This document shows positions 25,116 through 37,043 of a stretch of DNA of 64,000 nucleotides, piece by piece. Numbering within the stretch: the first letter of the stretch is position 1; every line of letters begins with the position of its first letter. The position numbers and the translations under genes are program-made. This stretch comes from an uncultured Alphaproteobacteria bacterium. Lineage in GTDB: Bacteria > Pseudomonadota > Alphaproteobacteria > Rhizobiales > Methyloligellaceae. The stretch covers positions 378,311 through 442,310 of the forward strand of contig CAWCUW010000002.1 in assembly GCA_963798815.1 (NCBI GenBank), in the 5' to 3' direction. The notes under the pieces are model-generated. The model was not told the DNA's origin, searched no databases, and saw nothing but the letters and a program-made list of their open reading frames with translations.

Positions 25116-26180
25116 ATGCAACATCCTGGCTTCTTCGAGCGTGCCGGCCCCTTCGCCTTGGGCGCCATCGCCGCCGCCACCAACGCCAAGCTCGCCGATG
25201 GCGCCGATCTCGGTCTCGCCCTGAAGGATGTGAGACCCCTCGACGAGGCGGGCGAGGGCGACCTCTCATTTGTCGACAATCCGAAATATCTCCCGGCCTT
25301 CGCTACTACGCGCGCGAGTGCCTGCCTCGTCGCGCCAAAATTTGCCAATCAGGCGCCACCGGCCACGGCATGCCTTATGACGCCCGAGCCCTACCGAGCC
25401 TTCGCGCGGGCTCTTCTCCTGTTTTACCCGGACGCCCTCAAACCGAAGGCCGCGGCCGCGGGCGGCTTACCGGTGCATCCGACCGCCAGGCTCGAGCCAG
25501 GCGCGATTGTTGAGGCGGGGGCGGTCGTCGGGCCGGAGGCACGGATCGGACAGGGGACGACAATTGCGGCCGGCAGCGTCGTCGGTTACCGCGTGCATAT
25601 CGGGCGGAACTGCTATATCGGGCCGAATGCCTCGATTACCCACGCCCTGATCGGTAACCATGTCACGATCCATGCCGGCACGGCGATCGGCCAGGATGGC
25701 TTCGGCTTCGCCATGGGCAACACCGGCCATGTAAAAGTGCCGCAAATCGGCCGCGTCATCATTCAGGACGGGGTCGAAATCGGCGCCAATTCGACCGTCG
25801 ACCGCGGCGCCTTGCGCGACACGGTGATCGGAGAGGGCACGAAAATTGATAATCTCGTGCAAATCGGGCACAACGTGGTGATTGGAAGGCATTGCATCAT
25901 CGTCGCTCAAACCGGTATCTCAGGAAGCGCGCATCTCGGCGATTTCGTAGCGCTCGGGGGCCAGGTCGGCGTGGTGGGCCACGTCAGGATCGGTGCCGGC
26001 GCGCAGATTGCGGCGAGCAGCAATGTGCGGGGCGACGTGCCGCCGGGCGTGAGATGGGGAGGCACCCCAGCCAAGCCCGTGCGACTCTGGTTCCGTGAGC
26101 TGACGCTGCTGCAAAAGCTTGCCGAGCGTAAGGATTTGAAGCTTGATCAGGGCGAGGGCGGAAATGAGACCGGCGATTAA
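25116..26180 (+). CDS. lpxD: UDP-3-O-(3-hydroxyacyl)glucosamine N-acyltransferase
   Basis: The N-terminus [13 protein letters not shown] is followed by hexapeptide repeats (left-handed beta-helix). An alternative ATG lies at 25086. Confidence 0.9.
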   Translation: MQHPGFFERAGPFALGAIAAATNAKLADGADLGLALKDVRPLDEAGEGDLSFVDNPKYLPAFATTRASACLVAPKFANQAPPATACLMTPEPYRAFARALLLFYPDALKPKAAAAGGLPVHPTARLEPGAIVEAGAVVGPEARIGQGTTIAAGSVVGYRVHIGRNCYIGPNASITHALIGNHVTIHAGTAIGQDGFGFAMGNTGHVKVPQIGRVIIQDGVEIGANSTVDRGALRDTVIGEGTKIDNLVQIGHNVVIGRHCIIVAQTGISGSAHLGDFVALGGQVGVVGHVRIGAGAQIAASSNVRGDVPPGVRWGGTPAKPVRLWFRELTLLQKLAERKDLKLDQGEGGNETGD

Positions 26181-26215
26181 CCCGGTTGCCGCACTTGTCC
26201 AAGGAGCCGTGGTTG

Positions 26216-26683
26216 ATGAATGAGAGCGGAGTGAAATCGAAGCTCGGGAAGGCGGAGATCACCGACATCCTGAAGCTTCTGCCGCATCGTTATCCGTTTC
26301 TCATGGTCGACCGCATCGTCGACATGGATGGCGACCGCTCGGCCACTGGCATCAAGAACGTGACCGCCAACGAGCCGTATTTCCAGGGTCACTTTCCTGG
26401 CAATCCGGTGATGCCGGGGGTGCTCCTCATCGAAGGCATGGCGCAGACCGCCGGCGCTCTGTGCATGCGTCATATCGAGGAGTTCAAGGAGCCGCCGCTC
26501 GTCTATTTCATGGCGATTGACAAAGCGCGGTTCCGCCGGCCCGTGGTGCCGGGCGACACGGTCTATTACCACGTGCAAAAAATGCGCAACCGCGGACGCG
26601 TGTGGCGCTTCCGGGCGCAAGCCCAGGTCGACGGCAACCTCGTCGCCGAAGCCGAGGTTAGCGCAGTCATCGTCGAGACATAG
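26216..26683 (+). CDS. fabZ: 3-hydroxyacyl-ACP dehydratase FabZ
   Basis: The ATG at 26216 is preceded by [20 protein letters not shown] and [25 protein letters not shown] motifs are present. Confidence 0.92.
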   Translation: MNESGVKSKLGKAEITDILKLLPHRYPFLMVDRIVDMDGDRSATGIKNVTANEPYFQGHFPGNPVMPGVLLIEGMAQTAGALCMRHIEEFKEPPLVYFMAIDKARFRRPVVPGDTVYYHVQKMRNRGRVWRFRAQAQVDGNLVAEAEVSAVIVET

Positions 26684-26694
26684 TCAGGGCGAGC

Positions 26695-27501
26695 ATGGTC
26701 AAAGTTCATGCGAGCGCCCTGGTGGATCCAGGCGCGAAACTCGGAACGAATGTCGAGATCGGTCCATTTTGCGTGATCGGTCCGCATGTGGTGCTTGGCG
26801 ACGGCGTCGTCGTGCATTCCCACGCGAGCATCACCAGCCGCACCACGCTCGGCGCCGGCTGCAAGGTATTCCCCTTCGTATCGCTCGGGGCCGCGCCCCA
26901 GGACATCAAATTTCACGACGAGCCGAGCACTCTCACCATCGGTTCGAATACGCTGATCCGCGAGTATGTCACGATCAATCCGGGCACCGAGAGGGGCCAC
27001 ATGGCGACCAAGGTCGGCGCCAATTGCTTCCTGATGATCGGCTGCCACATCGCCCACGACTGCGACATCGGCGACAACGTCACGCTGGTGAACGGCGCAA
27101 CCTTGGGCGGACATGTCGCGATCGGTGAGGGCGCCATCATCGGCGGCCTCTCGGCCGTGCACCAATATGTCCGCATCGGCGCTTATGCCTTTGTCGGCGG
27201 TATGTCCGGCATCACCGCCGACGTCATCCCGTTCGGCATGGCGATCGGCAACCGCGCCAATCTCTGCGGCCTCAACATTGTCGGACTGAAGCGCAAAGGT
27301 TTCCCGCGCGAGCAGATCCATGAGCTGCGTCAGGCTTATCGCATGCTGTTCGCGAGCGAAGGCACGCTGATGGAGCGGCTCGAGGACGTGGAGCCCATGT
27401 TCGACAAGAATCCCCTGGTCAAGCAGATCATCGACTTCATCAAGACCCAATCGGAGCGCTCGTTCTGCGTGCCCAACAATGCCGCAACGCCAAGCCCATG
27501 A
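26695..27501 (+). CDS. lpxA: acyl-ACP--UDP-N-acetylglucosamine O-acyltransferase
   Basis: A 268-aa hexapeptide-repeat protein with a C-terminal helical domain, at the lpxA position after fabZ. Confidence 0.92.
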   Translation: MVKVHASALVDPGAKLGTNVEIGPFCVIGPHVVLGDGVVVHSHASITSRTTLGAGCKVFPFVSLGAAPQDIKFHDEPSTLTIGSNTLIREYVTINPGTERGHMATKVGANCFLMIGCHIAHDCDIGDNVTLVNGATLGGHVAIGEGAIIGGLSAVHQYVRIGAYAFVGGMSGITADVIPFGMAIGNRANLCGLNIVGLKRKGFPREQIHELRQAYRMLFASEGTLMERLEDVEPMFDKNPLVKQIIDFIKTQSERSFCVPNNAATPSP

Positions 27502-28387
27502 CAGCATCGCCCGCGACCCGCGTGAGGGTCGAAGCATAGAAGGCCCGCTCGGCATCATTGCCGGAGGCGGTTTGCTTCCTTGCCTGATCGCCGACTCCGC
27601 TACCGCCCGCGGGCTCAATCTTCATATTGTCGGCATTCGTGGCGAGGCCAGCGAGGAGATCGAGCGCTTCCCGCATACCTGGATCAAGTGGGGCGAGATC
27701 GGCAAGCTGTTCACAGCGCTCGACGGCAGAGGCTGCCGCGATCTCGTCATTATCGGCGGCGTGACGCGCCCCGATCCCGCGAATATCCGCCTCGACCTCG
27801 GCGCCATCCGCAACTTGCCCTTCCTCGTCAGCCTCGGCATCGGCGGCGACGATCACGTGCTGTCGCGCGTCGTCCGCTTCTTCGAGAGCAAGGGCTACCG
27901 GGTGCATGGCGCGGGCGACGTGGCCCCAGAGCTTCTGGCGGGCGAGGGGACGCTCAGCGACAAGACGCCTTCGGCCGAGGACCGCGCCGACATCGCGACC
28001 GGCTTCCGTGTGGTCGGCGCGCTCGGTCGCCTCGATGTCGGCCAAGCCGCCGTCGTAGCCAAAAACTATGTGCTTGCCGTCGAAGCCGCCGAAGGCACCG
28101 ACGCCATGCTCGCCCGTTGCGCCGGACTACGCGAAATCGGCAGGATCAAACAGCGCGCCAGAAGCGGCGTCCTCGTCAAGGCACCCAAGCCGGGACAAGA
28201 GGAGCGTGTCGACCTGCCGACCATCGGCCCCGAGACTGTGCGCAATGCCGCAACCGCCGGTCTTGCCGGGATAGCGGTCGCGGCGGGCCGGGTTTTGATG
28301 GCCGAGCACGCGGCCACCATCGCGGCCGCCAATCGGCACGGACTGTTTCTGGTGGGCGAGCGGCTGACCGACGAGGACGGCGCCTAG
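27479..28387 (+). CDS. lpxI: LpxI family protein (DUF1009; UDP-2,3-diacylglucosamine diphosphatase)
   Basis: [11 protein letters not shown] near the N-terminus and [18 protein letters not shown] fit LpxI, and the gene is in the conserved position after lpxA. The start is uncertain: the only in-frame start overlaps lpxA by 23 nt. Confidence 0.75.
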   Translation: MPQRQAHDSIARDPREGRSIEGPLGIIAGGGLLPCLIADSATARGLNLHIVGIRGEASEEIERFPHTWIKWGEIGKLFTALDGRGCRDLVIIGGVTRPDPANIRLDLGAIRNLPFLVSLGIGGDDHVLSRVVRFFESKGYRVHGAGDVAPELLAGEGTLSDKTPSAEDRADIATGFRVVGALGRLDVGQAAVVAKNYVLAVEAAEGTDAMLARCAGLREIGRIKQRARSGVLVKAPKPGQEERVDLPTIGPETVRNAATAGLAGIAVAAGRVLMAEHAATIAAANRHGLFLVGERLTDEDGA

Positions 28388-29700
28388 CGCGCGTCCGCCG
28401 CCACGTAGCTCCGCTCGGTCGCTCCGGTATAGAGCTGACGCGGCCGGCCGATACGCTGCAACGGATCCTCGATCATCTCCTTCCACTGGGCGATCCAGCC
28501 GACCGTCCGGGCAATGGCGAACAGCACCGTGAACATGTCGGTCGGGAAGCCGAGCGCCTTCAGCGTGATGCCGGAGTAGAAGTCGATATTGGGATACAGC
28601 TTCTTCTGGATGAAATATTCGTCGGAGAGCGCGATCCGCTCGAGCTCCATCGCCACCTTGAGAATCGGATCATCGCCGTGGCCCACCGCGTCCAGCACCT
28701 CATGGCAGGTCTTCTGCATGATCTTCGCGCGGGGATCGTAGTTCTTGTAAACGCGGTGGCCGAAGCCCATCAGCCGGAACGGGTCGTTCTTGTCCTTGGC
28801 CCGCTTGATGAACTCTGGAATCCGGTCGACCGTGCCAATCTCCTGCAGCATCTGTAACGCCGCCTCGTTGGCGCCGCCATGCGCGGGACCCCACAGACAA
28901 GCGATGCCGGCTGAAATGCAGGCGAACGGATTGGCGCCGGACGAGCCGGCAAGCCGCACCGTCGAGGTCGAGGCATTCTGCTCGTGGTCGGCATGCAGGA
29001 TCAGAATGCGGTCCATGGCGCGCGCCAGAATTGGATCGACTTTGTATTCCTCGCACGGCACGGCGAAGCACATATGCAGGAGGTTCGCGGAATATTTCAG
29101 CTCGTTCCTGGGATAGATGAAAGGCTGGCCGATCGAATATTTGTAGGCCATCGCCGCGATGGTCGGCATCTTCGCGATCATGCGGATGCTGGCCATCTCC
29201 CGCTGCATAGGATCCTTGATGTCGATCGAGTCGTGATAGAAGGCCGACAGCGCGCCGACCACGCCGACCATGACCGCCATCGGATGCGCGTCGCGGCGGA
29301 ACCCGGTGTAGAACCGCGTCATCTGCTCATGCACCATCGTGTGCTTGACGATGCGGTTGTCGAACGCGAGGTATTGCTGGCGGGTCGGCAGTTCGCCATA
29401 CAGCAGCAAATAGCAAGTCTCGATGAAACTGCCGTGCTCGGCGAGCTGGTCGATCGGATAACCGCGATAGAGCAGAATGCCCTTGTCGCCGTCGATAAAG
29501 GTGATTTTAGACTCGCAGCTCGCCGTGGACGTGAAGCCCGGGTCGTAGGTGAAGCATCCCGTATCCTGGTAAAGCGTATTGATATCGATCACGTCGGGAC
29601 CGAGCGTTCCCTTGCGGATCGGCAAGTCGTACTGCGCGCCGTCGATCAAGATAGATGCCTCGGCAGCGCCCGACGCGCGGAGGTTTTCTGCGACGCTCAT
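28384..29700 (-). CDS. gltA: citrate synthase
   Basis: A 438-aa protein with [16 protein letters not shown] and [15 protein letters not shown] signatures. Confidence 0.93.
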   Translation of the reverse strand: MSVAENLRASGAAEASILIDGAQYDLPIRKGTLGPDVIDINTLYQDTGCFTYDPGFTSTASCESKITFIDGDKGILLYRGYPIDQLAEHGSFIETCYLLLYGELPTRQQYLAFDNRIVKHTMVHEQMTRFYTGFRRDAHPMAVMVGVVGALSAFYHDSIDIKDPMQREMASIRMIAKMPTIAAMAYKYSIGQPFIYPRNELKYSANLLHMCFAVPCEEYKVDPILARAMDRILILHADHEQNASTSTVRLAGSSGANPFACISAGIACLWGPAHGGANEAALQMLQEIGTVDRIPEFIKRAKDKNDPFRLMGFGHRVYKNYDPRAKIMQKTCHEVLDAVGHGDDPILKVAMELERIALSDEYFIQKKLYPNIDFYSGITLKALGFPTDMFTVLFAIARTVGWIAQWKEMIEDPLQRIGRPRQLYTGATERSYVAADAR

Positions 29701-29848
29701 CTAAAGGCTCCTCTAACCATCTGAGGGGAGACCGCTCACCAACGAACGCCACAAAGGTGGTCCGATGTGCGCGTTGGGGAACTCATTTTGCACTGCCGCA
29801 TAATCGCGCCGTTCGTGCCGCAGTGCAACAACCGGACATGCTTAAAAG

Positions 29849-31285
29849 TTAAGCAGTTTTTCCTGCATGCACCTGATCGCCGATGCGAGCAAGCGATTCC
29901 TCGCGGCCGAGCACGGCGAGCACATCGAAGATCCCCGGCGACGTCGATCGACCGGTGAGGGCGGCTCTGAGCGGCTGGGCGACCTTGCCAAGCTTGTACC
30001 CCGTCTCATCGGCGAAGCTCCGCACTGCGGTCTCGAGCGCCTCTTGCGTCCAGTTCTCGACGCTTGCAAGACGCGGCGAGAGTGCCGCAAGCGTCTCGCG
30101 GCCGCCCTCGTCCAAAATCCTGCTCGCCATCTCATCGGTCGGCAATGGGCGCGGGGCGAAGAGGAAAGCGGCGTTGTCGAGCAACTCGACCAGCGTGCCG
30201 GCGCGTTCTTTCAATCCCGGCATGGCGCGCTCGAGCTGCTGCCAGCCGTCGTCGCCGATCCGCGCCGCAAGCGCCGCCCCGTCGGGAAGCTCGGGCACCA
30301 GCGCCTTCAAGCGGTCGACGATCTCCCGGTCGGGCGTAACACGCAGATAATGGCCGTTCAGATTTTCCAGCTTGGCGAAGTCGAAGCGCGCGGCCGATCG
30401 CCCGATGGCATCGAGATCGAACCATTTGACCATCTCATCGGTCGACATGATTTCAGCATCGCCGTGACTCCAGCCGAGCCGCACGAGATAGTTGCGAAGC
30501 CCCGCGGGCAGATAACCCATAACGCGATAGGCATCGACCCCGAGCGCGCCGTGCCGCTTCGACAGTTTGGCGCCATCCGGTCCGTGGATCAGCGGCACAT
30601 GCGCATAGATCGGCGGCGTCCAGCCGAGCGCCTTGAAGATCTGTGTCTGCCGCGCCGCGTTGGTGAGATGATCGTCGCCACGGATGACATGGGTGATCCC
30701 CATGTCGTGATCGTCCACCACGACCGAAAGATTGTAGGTCGGCGTGCCGTCGCTGCGCAGGATGACGAGATCGTCGAGATCCTTGTTGGCGAAGACGACG
30801 CGGCCCTGCACCCGATCGTCGATCACCGTCTCGCCTTCGCGTGGCGCCTTGAAGCGGATCGCCGGTTCGATACCCGCCGGCGCCGCTGACGGATCGCGAT
30901 GCCGCCAGGTGCCGTCATAACCCGGCGCACGACCCTCGGCGCGGGCACGCTCGCGCATGGCCTGCAACTCTTCCGGACTCGCATAGCAGCGATAGGCATC
31001 GCCTTGGGCAAGCAACTGCTCGGCGATCTCGCGGTGCCGCTCCGCGCGCGTCAACTGGTAGACCGGCTCGCCATCCCAGTCGAGCTCGAGCCAGCGCAGA
31101 CCGTCGAGGATGGCGAGGATCGCGCCCTCGGTCGAGCGCGCCTTGTCGGTATCCTCGATGCGCAGCAGCATCTTGCCGCCGGTGTGCTTGGCATAAAGCC
31201 AATTGAACAGCGCCGTGCGCGCGCCGCCGATATGCAAATAGCCGGTGGGCGAGGGCGCAAAGCGCGTAATGACCATTTCGCTCAT
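29849..31285 (-). CDS. gltX: glutamate--tRNA ligase
   Basis: [22 protein letters not shown] (HIGH motif) and KLSKRHG (KMSKS-like) are present in a 478-aa protein. Confidence 0.93.
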   Translation of the reverse strand: MSEMVITRFAPSPTGYLHIGGARTALFNWLYAKHTGGKMLLRIEDTDKARSTEGAILAILDGLRWLELDWDGEPVYQLTRAERHREIAEQLLAQGDAYRCYASPEELQAMRERARAEGRAPGYDGTWRHRDPSAAPAGIEPAIRFKAPREGETVIDDRVQGRVVFANKDLDDLVILRSDGTPTYNLSVVVDDHDMGITHVIRGDDHLTNAARQTQIFKALGWTPPIYAHVPLIHGPDGAKLSKRHGALGVDAYRVMGYLPAGLRNYLVRLGWSHGDAEIMSTDEMVKWFDLDAIGRSAARFDFAKLENLNGHYLRVTPDREIVDRLKALVPELPDGAALAARIGDDGWQQLERAMPGLKERAGTLVELLDNAAFLFAPRPLPTDEMASRILDEGGRETLAALSPRLASVENWTQEALETAVRSFADETGYKLGKVAQPLRAALTGRSTSPGIFDVLAVLGREESLARIGDQVHAGKTA

Positions 31286-31405
31286 ACTGACGGCGAGCTT
31301 CTCGACTGAGGGTTAGGGGGTTAGCGCGGTCGTGATGTAGCATAGGGGCGGATGCGGGGTAAGGGCAGGGCGGAGGCCGCAACTGCCCGGTCTTAAGCAT
31401 CGGCC

Positions 31406-33656
31406 ATGCCGGAGCGGGGCGACGAGGAGTGGGGCGGTGAGGATCGCCTGGGCGGGACGCGCAAGCAGGGGCTGCTTGCGGCCTCTCTCAGGGCCTCGGC
31501 ACGCGCGCTCGAAAACGAGCAGGACCGCTGGTTCCTTTGGCTCCCGGTGTTGTTCGCGGGCGGCATTATCGCCTATTTCGCGCTTGCCGATGAGCCCGCT
31601 GCAAGACTTGCGCTTGCGCTCATTGTCGGCGCCGCAGGGCTCACGCTGGCTGCGCGACATGCTCCCCTTGGATTGTGTTTCGGCGGGGCGGCGCTTGCCT
31701 TTGCCTCCGGGTTCGCCGCAGCCAAGCTTCGCACCGAGATGGTCCGCGCGCCCGTGCTGGCGCATGCAGCTTCGCTACACCGGACTGACAGGCTTCGTCG
31801 AGGCGCATGAGCTGCGCGACAAGGGACGCGCGAGAATCACCCTGCGCGTCCTCTCCCTCGACGATCTCAAGCCCGAAAGCCGACCCTATCGCGTGCGCGT
31901 AACATTGCCCGCCAAGGATATCGCGACTCTGGAAATCGGTGAGGCGGTCTCGCTGCATGCAACGCTACAGCCGCCGCCAGAGCCGATCGAGCCGGGGGGC
32001 TTCGATTTCGGGCGCCAAGCCTGGTTCTCGCGCCTGGGCGGAACCGGCTACGCGACGAGCAAGGTCGAACCGGTCGCAACCGGGCCACCGCCGCCATGGG
32101 ACCTCGCGGCCTGGGGCCTGGTCGATGGCTTGCGCGCCAAGGTCAATGCCCGCATCAGAGCCGCGTTGCCCGGCGAGACGGGCGAGATCGCCGCGGCCCT
32201 CATCACCGGCGAGCGCGGCGGCATCCCGGAGGAGGTGACCCAATCGATGCGCGACTCGGGCCTCGCCCATATCCTGTCGATCTCCGGCCTACACATGGTG
32301 ATCATGGCGGGCACGGTGTTCTGGCTGGTGCGGGCGCTGCTGGCTCTCATGCCTGCGCTGGCGCTGCGCTACCCGATCAAGAAGTGGGCCGCCGCCGCCG
32401 CGCTCGCCGCCGCCACCTTCTATCTCGCCCTGTCCGGCGCCGCCGTGCCCACGGTGCGCTCCTGGATCATGATGAGCATCGTCTTGATCGCGGTCATGCT
32501 CGACCGGCCGGCTCTCACCATGCGCAACGTCGCCCTGGCGGCGCTCGCAATTCTCATTGTCGCGCCGGAATCGTTGTTCGACCCAAGCTTCGAGATGTCG
32601 TTTGCGGCCGTGGTCGCGCTCGTCGCGCTGTATGAGTGGCTCGCCGCGCGGAGCCGGGAGAGGCTCGGCGACGTAAGCTTGGTGTGGGGGACCTTACGCA
32701 AGGGCTGGGCGCTGATCTCCGGCGCCGCGGTCACGACGTTGGTTGCCGGCACGGCGATCGCCCCCTTTGCCATCTACCATTTTCATCGCATGACGCATTA
32801 CGGGTTGATCGCCAATCTGATCGCGGCCCCGCTGGTCAGCCTCCTGATCATGCCGATGGCGGTGCTGAGCCTGATCGCCATGCCGTTCGGTCTGGAAGCC
32901 TGGCCGCTGCGGGCCATGGGGCTCGGCATCGAGCTGATGGTGGGCGCGGGCCAATGGGTGGCGTCTTGGCCCGGCGCCGTGACCATCCTTCCCGCCATCT
33001 CGGGCTCGGGCCTCGTCCTGGTCGTGCTGGGCGGCTTGTGGGTCTGCCTGTGGCAGACGCGCGCCCGCGCCCTCGGCCTCGTCATTGCCGCCTGCGGCAT
33101 CGCACTCGCGCCGGGGAGCGAGCGGCCTGACATTCTCATCGAGCGGGAAGGGGCCACCGCGGCGCTCAGGTCCGACCGCGGCAATCTCGTCTTTCCGCCG
33201 GCGACGGCGGCAAGCTACAGCGTCGACAATTGGCTGCTCGCCGACGGCGATGATCGCGACGCGGCCGCCGCGTCATCCGACGAAGCCACCTTCCGCTGCG
33301 ACAGCCTCGGCTGCATCGGCACGGTCAAGGGCAAGACCGTTGCGCTCATTCGCCATGAGGGAGCGGTCGAGGAGGATTGCCGCATCGCCGATATCGTCAT
33401 CGCGCCCTTCACCATCGGCCAGAGATGCCGCGCGGCGCGGGTGATCGTCGACCGGCGCGCGCTGAAGGCGGCGGGCGCGCATGCGCTCTATGTCGAGGGC
33501 CTGTCGATCAGGACCGAGACGGTCGCGGCTTGGCGTGGGCATCGACCTTGGGTCCCCGATCGGACCGGCATGAAGCCGGTGCCTCGCGCTCAGCCGCAAC
33601 CCTTCCCGGACGACGACGGCGCCGACAAGAGCCTCGGCAGTAATCCAGAGGAATGA
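31406..33656 (+). pseudogene. comEC: ComEC/Rec2 family competence (DNA internalisation) protein, +1 frameshift near 31760-31775
   Basis: The N-terminal TM region (WFLWLPVLFAGGIIAYF...MVRAPVLA) is in one frame. The remainder (LRYTGLTGFVEAHE..., GLAHILSISGLHM, polytopic core) is in the next. Removing one base gives 749 aa. Confidence 0.8.
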
Positions 33657-33665
33657 GGCGGCTTG

Positions 33666-34367
33666 CTAGTAGCGGCGAAGCAGGCCGACGAGACGACCCT
33701 GCACCCGGACGCGGTCGGGACCGAAGATGCGCGTCTCGTAGGCGGGATTGGCGGCTTCCAGCGCGATGGAGTCGCCCCTGCGGCGCAAGCGCTTCAGCGT
33801 GGCTTCCTCCTCATCGACCAGCGCCACGACGATATCGCCGTTGCTCGCGTCCTCGCACTTCCTGACGATGATCGTGTCGCCCTCGAGGATGCCCGCCTCG
33901 ATCATGGAATCGCCTTTGACCTCAAGCGCGTAATGCTCGCCCTTGGTGAGCAACTCTGGCGGCACCTCGACGGTGCTGAGCCGGGTCTGGATCGCCTCCA
34001 CGGGCACGCCCGCGGCGATGCGGCCCATGACCGGCACGCTCACGGTCTGGGGCAGGCTCTCGCCCTCGGCGACCTGAGGCACCCGTCCCAAGCTCCCCTC
34101 GATCACGCTCGGCGAGAAGCCGCGAGAGCGCTGGGCCAGCGGCTGCGGCATCGAATCTGGGAGCTTCACGATTTCCATGGCGCGCGCCCGGTGCGGCAGG
34201 CGGCGCACAAAGCCGCGCTCCTCGAGCGCGGTGATCAGCCGATGGATGCCGGATTTCGATTTGAGGTCGAGCGCCTCCTTCATCTCATCGAAAGAGGGGG
34301 GAACGCCGGTCTCCTTCAACCGCTCATGAATGAACATAAGAAGCTCTTTTTGCTTCGACGTGAGCAT
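33666..34367 (-). CDS. lexA: transcriptional repressor LexA
   Basis: [29 protein letters not shown] gives the winged-helix N-terminus. An S24 peptidase C-terminus (GDSM...[13 protein letters not shown]) follows. Confidence 0.93.
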   Translation of the reverse strand: MLTSKQKELLMFIHERLKETGVPPSFDEMKEALDLKSKSGIHRLITALEERGFVRRLPHRARAMEIVKLPDSMPQPLAQRSRGFSPSVIEGSLGRVPQVAEGESLPQTVSVPVMGRIAAGVPVEAIQTRLSTVEVPPELLTKGEHYALEVKGDSMIEAGILEGDTIIVRKCEDASNGDIVVALVDEEEATLKRLRRRGDSIALEAANPAYETRIFGPDRVRVQGRLVGLLRRY

Positions 34368-34382
34368 GGACCCCTCTGAGCG

Positions 34383-34397
34383 GTTGGTACTTTGTTC
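34383..34397 (-). promoter_or_regulatory. imperfect LexA box (GAAC-N7-CAAC on the lexA strand)
   Basis: The plus strand reads GTTGgtactttGTTC, 16-30 nt upstream of the lexA ATG. Confidence 0.4.
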
Positions 34398-34449
34398 GGC
34401 GCCTTAACGTTTGCGGCGCCTGCCTGTACAAATCATGAACAGTTTATCT

Positions 34450-34464
34450 GTTCTGTTTGTGTTC
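34450..34464 (-). promoter_or_regulatory. LexA box GAAC-N7-GAAC (alphaproteobacterial SOS box) upstream of lexA
   Basis: The plus strand reads GTTCtgtttgtGTTC, about 85 nt upstream of the lexA start. An overlapping GAAC-N9-GTTC lies at 34436-34453. Confidence 0.6.
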
Positions 34465-34540
34465 CGCAAGCGGGAATGCCACAAAATGCGGTAGGACGCC
34501 GCCGGAAGAGTGAACTGGCGCGATTCGGGTTTCCGGCCTC

Positions 34541-35746
34541 TTAATCGGGGTCGAGCGGGATGATCCTCACGCGCGCGCCCTGCGGCAAGGCCGGCGCAAG
34601 CGGCGCCCGCACGATCAGGCAGTCGGCGTGGGCAAGCCCGGCGACGAGCGAGGAGTCCTGTGAGGGCAGGGGACGCACGACGCGCGTGCCGTCCTCGCGC
34701 CATGCCGACACCGCGCCCATGTAGTGTTCCCGCTCGCCATTGGCTTGCAGCGCCTCAGCCAGCACCGCCTCGGGCCGGGGCCTCGGCGCCTGGACGAGCC
34801 CCAGCATCCGCTCCAGCATCGGCACGAGGAAGACGAGAGCCGCGACAAAGGCCGATACCGGGTTTCCAGGCAGCCCCAGCACGCGCTGGGCGCCGAGCCG
34901 GCCATAGAGCAGGGGCTTTCCCGGCCGCATGGCGATCTTCCAGAAATCGACCTCGAGCCCTTCAGAGTTCAGCGCGCTCGCCACAAGATCGCGGTCGCCG
35001 ACCGAGGCGCCGCCGATGGTGAGCAGGATATCGGCGGCTCTGCCGGCGCGGGCCAGCGTGACCAGGCTCTCAGTTTCGTCCTTGGCGATGCCGAGGCTCA
35101 TCGCCTCTCCGCCATGCCGCTCGATCAGCGCGGCAAGACCGCAAGGCACCGAGGAGACGATCTGATCCTTGGTCAGCTCGGAGCCGGGCGGCACGACCTC
35201 GTCGCCCGTCGCAAGGATCGCGACCTTCGGCTTGCGGCGAACCGGAAGCTCGGCATGATTCATGGCGGCGGCGAGCATCAGCTCTCGCGGACCAAGCCGC
35301 GTCCCGGCTGAAAGCAGCACCTCGCCCTGTTTGAAGTCCTGCCCGCGCGGACGGATATGGCGGCCGGGCGAAGCGTCTTTCACCGCGACCATGCCTCCCG
35401 CCTCGTCGGTATTCTCCTGGATCACGACGGTGTCGGCACCGCGGGGCACCGGCGCGCCGGTGAAGATGCGCACCGCTTCGCCGCGTCCGACGCTCCCTGA
35501 GAAGCCCGCCCCGGCAAGCGAGGCGCCGATCAGCTTGAGCGTCGCGGGAAGAGTGGTCACATCGGCGCCACGCACCGCATAGCCGTCCATGGCCGAGGCA
35601 TCGAAGGGCGGCTGGGTCAGGCGCGCGGCAAGATCCTCGGCCAGCACGCGGCCGCTTGCATCGCCAAGCGCCACGCGCTCGGCCTCAAGCGGCGTCAACC
35701 CGCTTGTCACCCGAGCCAAAGCCTCAGCGACGGACAGGAGAGCCAT
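34541..35746 (-). CDS. moeA: molybdopterin molybdotransferase MoeA
   Basis: The start [13 protein letters not shown] at 35746 overlaps the moaC stop (ATGA). SAMDGYAV and TIGGASVGDRD motifs are present. Confidence 0.88.
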   Translation of the reverse strand: MALLSVAEALARVTSGLTPLEAERVALGDASGRVLAEDLAARLTQPPFDASAMDGYAVRGADVTTLPATLKLIGASLAGAGFSGSVGRGEAVRIFTGAPVPRGADTVVIQENTDEAGGMVAVKDASPGRHIRPRGQDFKQGEVLLSAGTRLGPRELMLAAAMNHAELPVRRKPKVAILATGDEVVPPGSELTKDQIVSSVPCGLAALIERHGGEAMSLGIAKDETESLVTLARAGRAADILLTIGGASVGDRDLVASALNSEGLEVDFWKIAMRPGKPLLYGRLGAQRVLGLPGNPVSAFVAALVFLVPMLERMLGLVQAPRPRPEAVLAEALQANGEREHYMGAVSAWREDGTRVVRPLPSQDSSLVAGLAHADCLIVRAPLAPALPQGARVRIIPLDPD

Positions 35747-36222
35747 CAGCGCTTGAAATGACCGGACCGGCCGCCGGTCTTTTCCACCAGGCGGATGCCG
35801 GAGAACGACATCGCCCGATCGACGGCCTTGCACATGTCGTAAATGGTGAGGCACGCGATCGACACGGCAACCAACGCCTCCATCTCGACTCCGGTCTTGG
35901 CGTCGACCTTCGCCGTCGCCTCCACGCGAAGCCCGGCAGGATCGCGCGACGGTTGGAACTCGACGCTTACCTCGGAAAGCGGCAGCGCGTGGCAGAGCGG
36001 GATCAGCTCATGCGTTCGCTTGGCGGCCATGATGCCGGCGATCCGGGCGGTGGCCAGCACGTCGCCCTTGGGCGCTTGGCCGGCGAGGATCAGATCGAGC
36101 GTGGTCGGCGCCATGGCGACGAAGCCCTCGGCGCGCGCCAGGCGCGAGGTCATCTCCTTGCCGGAGACGTCGACCATGCGGGCTTCGCCCTGGTCGTTGA
36201 GATGGCTGAGCCGCGTCGTCAC
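35746..36222 (-). CDS. moaC: cyclic pyranopterin monophosphate synthase MoaC
   Basis: The GTG at 36222 overlaps the trpC stop (GTGA). [27 protein letters not shown] and [24 protein letters not shown] motifs are present. Confidence 0.9.
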   Translation of the reverse strand: MTTRLSHLNDQGEARMVDVSGKEMTSRLARAEGFVAMAPTTLDLILAGQAPKGDVLATARIAGIMAAKRTHELIPLCHALPLSEVSVEFQPSRDPAGLRVEATAKVDAKTGVEMEALVAVSIACLTIYDMCKAVDRAMSFSGIRLVEKTGGRSGHFKR

Positions 36223-37040
36223 TGCGCCGCCTCCGCCTGCGCCGCCTTGGAGCCAGTGAGCAAAGCGCGCGTCGCGGCGGCGACATCCGCCTGGCGCATC
36301 AGGCTTTCGCCCACGAGAAAAGCGCGCACCCCGCAACCGGCAAGCCGGCTGAGATCGTCGTGGGTAAAGATGCCGCTTTCGGCGATGACGACGCGGTCGG
36401 ACGGCACGAGCGGCGCAAGACGCTCCGTTGTCGCGAGCGTGGTGGCGAAGGTCTTGAGGTCGCGATTGTTGATGCCGATCAGCTTGGTGTCGAGCTTGAG
36501 CGCCCGGCCGAGCTCGGCCTCGTCGTGCACTTCGGCGAGCACGTCCATGCCCCAGGCCTGCGCGGCTTGGGTCAACGCCTCGGCCGTCGCATCGTCGACC
36601 GCCGCCATGATGATGAGGATGCAGTCCGCCCCGAGCGCGCGGGCTTCATCCACCTGATAGGGATCGATCATGAAATCCTTGCGCAGCGCCGGCAGGCGGG
36701 TCGCCTCGCGCGCCGCAGCAAGATATTCGGGGCGCCCCTGGAACGAGGGGCCGTCGGTCAACACCGAGAGGCAGGCCGCGCCGCCCTGTTCGTAGGCCCG
36801 CGCCAGCGACGGCGGATCGAAATCGGCACGGATCAGCCCTTTCGACGGGCTTGCTTTCTTGATCTCGGCAATCAGGGCAAATTGGCCTGCGCCGATGCGC
36901 GACCGAAGCGCATCGGCGAAGGGGCGGACCGGCGCGGCGGCCTCTGCCCGCGCGCGCACGACGTCGAGGCTCAACGCCGCCTTCGCTGCGTCAACCTCTT
37001 TGCGCTTATAGGCGAGGATCTGGTCGAGCACCTGGGCCAT
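36219..37040 (-). CDS. trpC: indole-3-glycerol phosphate synthase
   Basis: [24 protein letters not shown] and [12 protein letters not shown] motifs are present. Confidence 0.92.
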   Translation of the reverse strand: MAQVLDQILAYKRKEVDAAKAALSLDVVRARAEAAAPVRPFADALRSRIGAGQFALIAEIKKASPSKGLIRADFDPPSLARAYEQGGAACLSVLTDGPSFQGRPEYLAAAREATRLPALRKDFMIDPYQVDEARALGADCILIIMAAVDDATAEALTQAAQAWGMDVLAEVHDEAELGRALKLDTKLIGINNRDLKTFATTLATTERLAPLVPSDRVVIAESGIFTHDDLSRLAGCGVRAFLVGESLMRQADVAAATRALLTGSKAAQAEAAQ

Positions 37041-37043
37041 GGC

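Noticed and set aside
27580-28857. A 425-aa plus ORF after lpxI, considered as a candidate lpxB.
   Set aside because: It is extremely Arg-rich, runs antisense to citrate synthase, and has no glycosyltransferase motifs.
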